This document shows, in pieces, positions 1 to 6,488 of a DNA stretch of 12,875 nucleotides (position 1 is its first letter; every line of letters begins with the position of its first letter). The notes beneath the pieces are model-generated. The model was given only the letters and a program-made list of their open reading frames with translations. It did no database searches and had not been told where the DNA came from. This DNA is from Candidatus Sulfobium sp. GTDB lineage: Bacteria > Nitrospirota > Thermodesulfovibrionia > Thermodesulfovibrionales > UBA6898. The stretch covers positions 14,883 through 27,757 of the forward strand of contig JARRRI010000050.1 of the NCBI GenBank assembly GCA_037380845.1, in the 5' to 3' direction. The translations under genes were made by a program, and so were the position numbers.

Positions 1-101
1 AATCCATTTTAAACGCAGACGATCAGGCAGAGGAAAGATGAGTATAATTTGGCAATGCTTTTAGCTGAAAACTGATGGCTAAGGCTGATACATTCGATTT
101 T

Positions 102-165
102 GTCTGCCAGCTTGCCAGCTTGTAGGCTTGTGAGCTTGCCGGCGTGTGTGTTTGTTAGTCTGTGA
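102..165. repeat. Degenerate 8-bp tandem array, 8 units (consensus about GCTTGYNA)
   Basis: Units read directly: gtctgcca gcttgcca gcttgtag gcttgtga gcttgccg gcgtgtgt gtttgtta gtctgtga. A looser ~7-bp array (tagctga aaactga tggctaa ggctga) lies at 62-88. Confidence 0.8.
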
Positions 166-196
166 GGGGCTGCGGTTAACGGAGAAGAAAGTTTTA

Positions 197-224
197 TTGA
201 CAATGGTATAAACAGTGTTATACT
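197..224 (+). promoter_or_regulatory. Sigma70-type promoter of the TA operon with overlapping palindromic operator
   Basis: TTGACA at 197-202, 16-bp spacer, TG-extended TATACT at 219-224. Inverted repeat GTATAA(206-211)-N6-TTATAC(218-223) overlaps the -10, as expected for antitoxin autorepression. Confidence 0.8.
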
Positions 225-230
225 AAACGT

Positions 231-479
231 ATGAAAACAGCTATATCGATACCGGACGAAATCTTTGAGGAAGTCGAGGAATTTGCAAAAGAACATCACT
301 GTTCAAGAAGTCAAGTATTCGTTATTGCAGTGAAGGAGCTTATGGAGAGAATCAGATCGAGACAGCTTCTGGATACATTGAACGAACTTTATGCCGACAT
401 CGAAACCCCGGAAGATAAGGCTTTGAAGAAGAAGGCTGTTGAACATTACAGGAAGAGGGTCTTGAAAGAACGATATTAA
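231..479 (+). CDS. Ribbon-helix-helix antitoxin (MazE/ChpI-like) of a type II TA system
   Basis: 82 aa; N-terminus MKTAISIPDEIFEEVEEFAK...SRSQVF is a typical RHH fold start; lies directly upstream of a MazF-like gene. Confidence 0.85.
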   Translation: MKTAISIPDEIFEEVEEFAKEHHCSRSQVFVIAVKELMERIRSRQLLDTLNELYADIETPEDKALKKKAVEHYRKRVLKERY

Positions 480-489
480 GGCCCGTGAA

Positions 490-846
490 TTGGACATAAG
501 GCAGGGAGACATATATTGGGTAGATTTCGGGGAACCAGCGGGATCGGGGACGGGTTACAGACATCCTCACGTGGTTGTTCAGAATAATGTGTTTAATGCC
601 AGCAGGATTAGGACAGTTGTGGTTTGCGCGCTTACCTCAAATCTCAAATGGGCGAGATCGCCGGGAAATGTATTGATTAAAAAGGGAGAGGCAGGCCTTC
701 CAAAGGACAGTGTAGTGAACGTATCCCAGATTGAGACAATAGATAAGACATTTCTTACGGAGAAGATCGGTACCCTGTCGGCGGCAAGAGTAAAGGAAAT
801 AATAGAAGGAATCGAGTTTCTGATAAAACCCCTGTCCATTGAGTGA
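490..846 (+). CDS. mazF: MazF/PemK-family endoribonuclease toxin
   Basis: 118 aa, TTG start; motifs RQGDIYWVDF, G-Y-R-H-P-x-VVVQNN, TVVVCALTS, GLPKDSVVNVSQIETIDK match PemK/MazF. Confidence 0.92.
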   Translation: MDIRQGDIYWVDFGEPAGSGTGYRHPHVVVQNNVFNASRIRTVVVCALTSNLKWARSPGNVLIKKGEAGLPKDSVVNVSQIETIDKTFLTEKIGTLSAARVKEIIEGIEFLIKPLSIE

Positions 847-890
847 CTCTGGCCAACAAGATCAGCTGCCCCTAAGACATCTGAGTTCGC

Positions 891-1043
891 GAAGATCTGA
901 ATTTTGATAACATAGATGTATAGCGGTTCTGCTTCAGGAGATACAACTATGACTTTACGGAGACTGTTAGATCCACTACAGTGCACGGCAACCTCACAAT
1001 CAGCGGCGGAACTGTGGTATTTGACAATGTCGCGATTCCATGA
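891..1043 (+). pseudogene. Decayed 3' remnant of a probable secreted-protein gene
   Basis: The frame from 891 reads EDLNFDNIDV* then YNYDFTETVRSTTVHGNLTISGGTVVFDNVAIP* (stop 1041-1043), with IAVLLQ in an adjacent frame between them. This resembles a recurrent C-terminal motif (EDL.F...V.L.GGY..DF....TT..G.LTI..GTV...N..I) that I recall from secreted proteins of Geobacter/Nitrospirota-like bacteria; not verified. Confidence 0.5.
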
Positions 1044-1078
1044 GATCGGGACTTCGATGCATTTTGCGAAAAGGGTCA

Positions 1079-1162
1079 GGGAGAAAGGGCCTTTTCCCTT
1101 CTCCCAAATAAGGGTATAATATGGGAAGTACAGCTCAGCTGTAGGCAGGAGAAAAAAGGAGG
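1079..1162 (+). promoter_or_regulatory. Putative promoter/regulatory region and RBS of the S74-domain gene
   Basis: Hairpin GGGAGAA..TTCTCCC (1079-1105), TATAAT at 1115-1120 with a poor -35, palindrome TACAGCT-C-AGCTGTA at 1129-1143, AGGAGG at 1157-1162. Confidence 0.5.
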
Positions 1163-1168
1163 ATTGCT

Positions 1169-2074
1169 ATGAAGATATGGGGTTTAAGAACAAGGTGGGG
1201 AAGCAAGAATAAAAAGACAGTATTTGCAGTCTGGGCAGTTGTATTTGGCTTGTGCCTGGCAGCCACGGCTTACAGTGCGCCTAAGCTGATTGTGAAGAAC
1301 GGCGATGGATCAGCGGATGTGTTTACAGTGGATTCTACAGGCGATATTTTTGCCGGCGGGACAGACGCAGTCAACGCTTTTCAGTTCCTCGTATCGGGTC
1401 ACACTGGCGGAGCGTCTCACTTACAGCTTACGACGAATCAAACCAACAGCAGGATCAGTCTAATAGCAAGCTCGTCAAATGACTTTGCCCCGCGTTTTCA
1501 GGCGGTTGGTCCTCAGGATACGGCCACGCCTGGCTGGGTTGTTTTCGACTATGGCTCAAACCTTTTCGATTTACCCTCTGCCGAATTCAGGTTGCGGCAC
1601 TATAGTACGTCAGGTGTCGTTAACATGATTAGAATTATAGGAGAAAATACGGTCTTATTTCCCACGGGAAATGTCGGCATAGGTGTGACGAGTCCGACTC
1701 ACTTGCTACAAGTGGGTGCCGGGGCCTATTCAGACGGCACGGGGTGGTATCCTGCCTGCAGCAGGGCCTATAAGGAAAATATCAAAGATCTTTCTGTTCA
1801 GGATGCCGTGAATACTTTGATGGGACTTACCCCTGTAACTTACAATTATAAGGTTGCTCCCGATAAAGAACGGGCGGGATTCATCGCGGAGGATGTGCCT
1901 GATCTCGTCGGAACAAAGGACAGAAAGAGCGTCGGCGAACTTGATGTTACTGCCGTGCTCACAAAGGTTGTACAGGAACAGCAAAGAATGATAGCTGAAC
2001 TTAAGGAAAAGGTGGCTGAACTGCAAAGAGAAGTAAAGATGAAAAACGGCTTTGCTTCACTAAACGCCAGATAG
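1169..2074 (+). CDS. Secreted tail-fibre-like protein with C-terminal peptidase S74/intramolecular chaperone domain
   Basis: Signal peptide (basic N-terminus, hydrophobic core, AYS-AP site), GNVGIG.TSP fibre motif, then CSRAYKENIKDL...L.PVTYNYK...GFIAEDVP and a C-terminal coiled coil; strong RBS. Confidence 0.85.
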   Translation: MKIWGLRTRWGSKNKKTVFAVWAVVFGLCLAATAYSAPKLIVKNGDGSADVFTVDSTGDIFAGGTDAVNAFQFLVSGHTGGASHLQLTTNQTNSRISLIASSSNDFAPRFQAVGPQDTATPGWVVFDYGSNLFDLPSAEFRLRHYSTSGVVNMIRIIGENTVLFPTGNVGIGVTSPTHLLQVGAGAYSDGTGWYPACSRAYKENIKDLSVQDAVNTLMGLTPVTYNYKVAPDKERAGFIAEDVPDLVGTKDRKSVGELDVTAVLTKVVQEQQRMIAELKEKVAELQREVKMKNGFASLNAR

Positions 2075-2114
2075 ACGAAGTAGCAATAATCTTCGGTGTG
2101 CTAATAAAGTTGAT

Positions 2115-2232
2115 GCAAGAAGTAAATTAGTGGAGGCAGTTGAGTAGTCAAGTACTTGATGACTTGCTGCTCAACTGCTTGACCTCTTGCCCAAGCGACT
2201 ACTTAACCACTTAATCATTCAACCACTCATTC
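2115..2232. repeat. Inverted and tandem 8-bp-period repeat region upstream of wzm (possible hairpin)
   Basis: GCAGTTGAG (2136-2144) pairs with CTCAACTGC (2170-2178); central palindrome TCAAGTACTTGA at 2148-2159; outer GCAAGA/TCTTGC; then acttaacc acttaatc attcaacc actcattc (2201-2232). Confidence 0.75.
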
Positions 2233-3081
2233 TTGTCTGATATTAACCAAGTCAATTTGAAATCAAAATTATCATATTTGGTGCGGGGGTTCGTGGACTT
2301 TCTGGCCACGCTCGTACGGCGTCGTTTTCTCATTTTCGAGATGGCGAGGAGGGACATTGCCACCCAGCACGTGGGTTCGATGCTGGGCTTCTTCTGGACT
2401 TTTATCAATCCGCTGATTACGATATTCATCTTCTGGCTCGTCTTCAGTGTCGGGTTTCGCATGAAGCCGAAACATAACGTTCCTTTTGTCGTATGGTTCA
2501 CTGCCGGTCTGGCGATATGGAGTACCTTCAGCGAGATCATCAACAGGTCGACCGGCATCATTATCGCGAACGCACCGCTGGTGAAGAAGGTAGTTTTTCC
2601 TCTCAGTATTCTTCCGGTAGTGAAGCTGGTGAGCTCATTCGTAACCCACATGGTCTTCCTGCTTCTGCTTGTCTGCCTTACACTTGCTTACAAAATGCCG
2701 TTCAGTATTTACTGGATCCAGGCTGTGTATTATTTCGCGGCAATGAGTGTTATGGCTCTCGGTCTGGGTTGGGTCACCTCCTCTATAAATGTTTTTGCGA
2801 GGGATACGGGACAGGTGGTCCAGCTTATGCTGCTCTTCGGTTTCTATCTGACCCCGATATTCTGGGACATCAGTATAATGCCAAAGAAAGCGCAGTTCTT
2901 TCTCAAACTGAACCCCATGTTTTACATCGTCCAGGGCTACCGCGATTCGTTCATCGATTTCGTACCTTTCTGGCATCACTGGCAGATGACTGTCTATTTC
3001 TGGGGTGTTGCCCTGTTCATCTTCGCGATCGGAGGAATCATCTTCCTGCGTCTCAGGCCACATTTTGCGGATGTATTGTGA
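2233..3081 (+). CDS. wzm: ABC-2 type polysaccharide export permease Wzm (start uncertain: 2233, 2257 or 2281)
   Basis: Hydrophobic 282 aa with RRDI...GSMLGFFWTFINPL, ANAPLVKKVVFP, FARD, FYLTPIFW, LNPMFYIVQGYR and terminal FADVL motifs. Confidence 0.95.
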   Translation: MSDINQVNLKSKLSYLVRGFVDFLATLVRRRFLIFEMARRDIATQHVGSMLGFFWTFINPLITIFIFWLVFSVGFRMKPKHNVPFVVWFTAGLAIWSTFSEIINRSTGIIIANAPLVKKVVFPLSILPVVKLVSSFVTHMVFLLLLVCLTLAYKMPFSIYWIQAVYYFAAMSVMALGLGWVTSSINVFARDTGQVVQLMLLFGFYLTPIFWDISIMPKKAQFFLKLNPMFYIVQGYRDSFIDFVPFWHHWQMTVYFWGVALFIFAIGGIIFLRLRPHFADVL

Positions 3082-3225
3082 GACCGGGACTCGGAACTTG
3101 TTACTCGGAACTGGGAAATAATAACGACAGGAAAGAGAGGGGAAATGGGGACCAGCGGCTGGGAACGACAGGCCTTTTTTGAAAAGACAGCCAGTGCCGC
3201 ATGCCCAGTCCCCAGTGCCGGTCTC
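3080..3225. repeat. Left flank of four-helix-bundle cassette: G-rich and C-rich 7-bp repeat arms forming an imperfect hairpin
   Basis: Heptamers actcgga acttgtt actcgga actggga (3089-3116); GAGACCGG (3080-3087) is the exact reverse complement of CCGGTCTC (3218-3225); C-rich arm at 3191-3225. Confidence 0.8.
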
Positions 3226-3228
3226 TAA

Positions 3229-3594
3229 ATGAAAGATCATAAAGAACTTGATGTATGGAAAAACAGCATGGATTTGGTTGCTCAGGTCTACTCGGTTACC
3301 CGTGAGTTTCCAAAAGAGGAGCTGTATGGACTTACGAACCAGATTCGAAGAGCGGCAGTATCGATCCCGTCCAACATCAGCGAAGGAGCAGCGCGAAACT
3401 CTGATAAGGAGTTTGTACAGTTTCTGCATGTCGCACTGGGCTCGGCTGCTGAGCTCGAAACGCAGCTACTCATTGCAAAGAGACTAAAATATATGAATCA
3501 GATCGATGTGTTGACTGATAACCTGAGTTCTGTTATGAAGATGCTTAGTGGACTTATTCGTCATTACAAGAAGAAGGCAGTGAACCGGGACTAG
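3229..3594 (+). CDS. Four helix bundle protein (23S rRNA intervening-sequence protein / Avd-like family)
   Basis: 121 aa with HKELDVWK..MDL...Y..T..FPKEELYGLTNQIRRAAVSIPSNISEG..R...EF.QFL..ALGS.AELETQL, the hallmark pattern of this family. Confidence 0.93.
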   Translation: MKDHKELDVWKNSMDLVAQVYSVTREFPKEELYGLTNQIRRAAVSIPSNISEGAARNSDKEFVQFLHVALGSAAELETQLLIAKRLKYMNQIDVLTDNLSSVMKMLSGLIRHYKKKAVNRD

Positions 3595-3627
3595 CGATCA
3601 GGGACAGGTAAAGAAGAAACGACGAAT

Positions 3628-5106
3628 ATGGAAAATAGCAAGAAATTATCAGCCACGAGTCACGAGTCACAGGTTCCGGGTCCCGAGTCCCGGATTACCA
3701 GTCCCCAGTCCCCGGTTACGAGTCCCGAAATTGCGATCAGTGTCCGCAATTTGTCTAAGAAATATCCCCTTTACGACAGCCCCCAGCACCGGCTTAGAGA
3801 GGCTCTTCATCCTTTCAGGAGGAAATATCACCGGGATTTCTGGGCCTTAAAGGATGTCTCTTTCGAGGTGAAGAAGGGCGAGAACATGGGCATCATGGGA
3901 AAGAACGGGTGCGGCAAATCGACGCTTCTGCAGATCATCTGCGGCGTGCTCCAGCCCTCGTTGGGCGACGTCCGGGTGAGGGGTTCGATATCAGCGCTTC
4001 TCGAACTCGGGTCGGGCTTCAATCCTGAATTTACCGGCAGGCAAAACGTATACATGAACGGGGCAATCAAGGGATTTACGAGGGAGCAGATTGACGAGAG
4101 GTTCGATGCCATTGCCGGTTTTGCGGACATAGGCCGCTTCATGGACCAGCCGGTAAAGACGTACTCAAGTGGAATGTATGTGAGGCTGGCTTTCGCCGCT
4201 GCGATAAATGTGGACCCGGACATCCTGGTGGTGGATGAGGCGCTGTCGGTTGGGGACGAGGCGTTCCAGCGCAAATGTTATGCGCGCATTCAGATGATCC
4301 AGGAACAGGGAAGCACCATACTTTTTGTTTCTCATAACGCATCGGCTGTAGTGGAGTTGTGCAAAAGCGCGATTCTCCTTGATCACGGTGAGCTTCTGTT
4401 GTCCGGAAAGCCGAAGCGTGTGGTGTCCAGATATCATAAGCTGCTTTATGCTCCTCCGGAAAGCATGGAGGCGCTGCGTGAGGAATATCGGCGGGAGCAG
4501 GTCAAGGGGACTGAAATTAAAAGAGGAGATGAAGATACATCGAAAGTGGCGTCGCCTAAAGATACGGCCGACGCGGAAGAGAGAAGTCCTGCTTTCGATC
4601 CTGCACTGGTGCCGAAAAGCACCGTTCAATACGAATCACGGGGAGCCCGTATTCTGAATCCCGGGATAACGACCCTCGATGGCGACCGGGTAAACATGCT
4701 GATTCATGGAGAGGAGTATATCTATCAGTACACTGTAAATTTTGAGGAGGAGGCATACAACGTCAGATTCGGCATGCTGATAAAGACGTTGAGAGGTCTC
4801 GAATTGGGCGGCATGGTTTCGCACACCGTCTCCGACGCCATTGAGTACGTGCACAAGAACGCCGTTGTCGAGGCGAGTTTCAAGTTCAAATGTCTGGTAG
4901 CGCCCGGCGTCTATTTTCTGAACGCCGGTCTTGTCGGGACCCGGGAGGGATCGGAGGTATATCTGCACAGGATCGTCGATGCCCTGATGTTCAGAGTTCA
5001 GCCGGAGCAAAGTCGGCTCGCAACCGGTACCGTTGATTTTTCAGTCGATGGAGAAAGCCCGAACGTACGTATATTATTGACTGAAGGAGTTATGACCGAT
5101 GAATGA
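3628..5106 (+). CDS. wzt: Polysaccharide ABC transporter ATP-binding protein Wzt with C-terminal (carbohydrate-binding-type) domain
   Basis: Walker A GKNGCGKS, signature YSSGM, Walker B ILVVDE, H-loop VSH, and a ~150-aa beta-rich C-terminal extension; follows wzm. Confidence 0.95.
   Translation: MENSKKLSATSHESQVPGPESRITSPQSPVTSPEIAISVRNLSKKYPLYDSPQHRLREALHPFRRKYHRDFWALKDVSFEVKKGENMGIMGKNGCGKSTLLQIICGVLQPSLGDVRVRGSISALLELGSGFNPEFTGRQNVYMNGAIKGFTREQIDERFDAIAGFADIGRFMDQPVKTYSSGMYVRLAFAAAINVDPDILVVDEALSVGDEAFQRKCYARIQMIQEQGSTILFVSHNASAVVELCKSAILLDHGELLLSGKPKRVVSRYHKLLYAPPESMEALREEYRREQVKGTEIKRGDEDTSKVASPKDTADAEERSPAFDPALVPKSTVQYESRGARILNPGITTLDGDRVNMLIHGEEYIYQYTVNFEEEAYNVRFGMLIKTLRGLELGGMVSHTVSDAIEYVHKNAVVEASFKFKCLVAPGVYFLNAGLVGTREGSEVYLHRIVDALMFRVQPEQSRLATGTVDFSVDGESPNVRILLTEGVMTDE
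3647..3730. repeat. Degenerate 7-bp tandem array of about 12 units inside the 5' end of wzt
   Basis: tatcagc cacgagt cacgagt cacaggt tccgggt cccgagt cccggat taccagt ccccagt ccccggt tacgagt cccgaaa; translates as SATSHESQVPGPESRITSPQSPVTSPE. Confidence 0.85.
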
Positions 5107-6478
5107 TCAAAACGAAAAGTCCAGAGCAATCTGTATACTTGGCATGCACCGAAGCGGCACGTCCGCGATCACGCGGGCGATAAACCTGCTTGGGGTATAT
5201 CTCGGCGAGGAGAAAGATATTTTTCCTGCGCTGGATTATAACCCGGAAGGGCTCTGGGAAAGGCGGGATTTCAATGACCTTCAGGGGAGGCTGCTGGCTG
5301 AGCTGAAGAGGACCTGGGACTTCGGGACGCCTCTGCCGGACGGGTGGCAGCAGGGGCCGGAAGTCAAACCTTTCAGGGACGAGTTGGTCTCTCTTATCAA
5401 GTCAAATTTTTCCGGCGTTCCTCTCTGGGGCTGGAAAGACCCGCGATCTACGATATTCATAGAGCTGTGGAAAGATGTCCTGAATGAGCTCGGGATAGGG
5501 CTGTCCGTCGTTTTTGCAGTGAGAAACCCTCTTGTCGTGGCGCGCTCTCTTCAGAGACGGGACGGATTCTCCCTCGATAAAGGCTTCGGTATCTGGTTCA
5601 GTTATAATATTGCCGCTCTGAGGTCAATAAAAGACATACCTGTGGCCTTCATTTCATATGATGGCTTTCTCGACGACTGGGAGCAGACACTGAAACGCAC
5701 TACCGATTGCCTGGCCATTGAGTGGCCGCAGGACACGGCAGGGCTTCGGGAAAAGATGGCTTCATTTATCAGGCCGGACCTCAGGCACAGTGAATCAACC
5801 GGAGAAGACCTGAAGAAAATTGGAGCCCCTGATCCTGTGAGGGAACTTGACGGGGTTCTGCGGCGTCTGCTGGCGGGTGAGCCCCTTGGTTCGTCGTCAA
5901 ATTGGACGACTGCCGAACGGCTGTGGGAGGCTTTTTCTTCCTATGCGAGATTCTATCAGTATGATATGACCGAAGTCTGGAAACGCAACGAGACTCTGGC
6001 CTTGCGGGAGGAGGAGGTGGCTGAAAGAGATCGTGTGTTAATTCAGAAAGGGCAAGAACTGGCCCGCAGGGAGGAGCAGCAAACTCAAAAGGAGAAAGAT
6101 CTGACTGAAAGGGAGCAGGAGCTGATTGAGAAAGGGCAGGAGTTCATTCAGAAAGGGCAGCAAATGATTCAGAAAGAACTGCGGCTGACCGAGAAGGAGT
6201 TGCAGGTGACTGAGAGAGAGATGCAGGTAGCCGAGGCAAATCGGCAGTTGCGACAAGTGGGCGAGATGGCCCGTCGGTTGGCCGAGCTGGACGGGCGGCT
6301 GGTCGAGATGGAACGTCAGTTGTCCGAAAAAGACCGGCGCTTGACGGAAAAGGCGAGGCTGCTGGACCAGAGAGAGCAGCGCGTCCATGATTTGATGAAT
6401 TCTTTGAGCTGGAAGATAACGGCCCCCCTTAGACGTCTGGCAGAGCCGTTTATCGGCAAGATAATGAGACATCATTGA
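5099..6478 (+). CDS. Sulfotransferase-family protein with long C-terminal coiled coil (WbdD-like architecture)
   Basis: PAPS-binding loop GMHRSGTS, WGWKDPR, RNPL..ARSL..R; heptad-repeat coil; C-terminal SLSWKITAPLR; overlaps wzt by 8 nt. Confidence 0.85.
   Translation: MNDQNEKSRAICILGMHRSGTSAITRAINLLGVYLGEEKDIFPALDYNPEGLWERRDFNDLQGRLLAELKRTWDFGTPLPDGWQQGPEVKPFRDELVSLIKSNFSGVPLWGWKDPRSTIFIELWKDVLNELGIGLSVVFAVRNPLVVARSLQRRDGFSLDKGFGIWFSYNIAALRSIKDIPVAFISYDGFLDDWEQTLKRTTDCLAIEWPQDTAGLREKMASFIRPDLRHSESTGEDLKKIGAPDPVRELDGVLRRLLAGEPLGSSSNWTTAERLWEAFSSYARFYQYDMTEVWKRNETLALREEEVAERDRVLIQKGQELARREEQQTQKEKDLTEREQELIEKGQEFIQKGQQMIQKELRLTEKELQVTEREMQVAEANRQLRQVGEMARRLAELDGRLVEMERQLSEKDRRLTEKARLLDQREQRVHDLMNSLSWKITAPLRRLAEPFIGKIMRHH
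5999..6250 (+). repeat. In-frame degenerate 21-bp tandem repeats (about 12 heptads) encoding the coiled coil
   Basis: e.g. attcagaaagggcaagaactg (6041), attgagaaagggcaggagttc (6125), attcagaaagggcagcaaatg (6146), attcagaaagaactgcggctg (6167). Confidence 0.8.
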
Positions 6479-6488
6479 TGGAAGTCAT

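Noticed and set aside
1..63. Possible 3' end of an upstream gene (SILNADDQAEER* or another frame)
   Set aside because: Too short to assign a frame or product.
9..299. Minus-strand 96-aa ORF
   Set aside because: It overlaps the antitoxin gene and promoter, and its AGKL repeats are simply the translated 8-bp array.
916..1119. 67-aa plus-strand ORF and TTGACA at 1021
   Set aside because: No RBS or recognisable motif; a different frame looks more protein-like, and the TTGACA has no correctly spaced -10.
1169..2074. Prophage tail gene
   Set aside because: It has a signal peptide and there are no other phage genes in the window.
3229..3594. Diversity-generating retroelement or rRNA intervening sequence
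   Set aside because: No reverse transcriptase, no TR/VR pair with adenine-specific mismatches, and no rRNA sequence in the window.
102..3730. CRISPR array interpretation of the repeats
   Set aside because: Units are 7-8 bp, contiguous and lack unique spacers; no cas genes.
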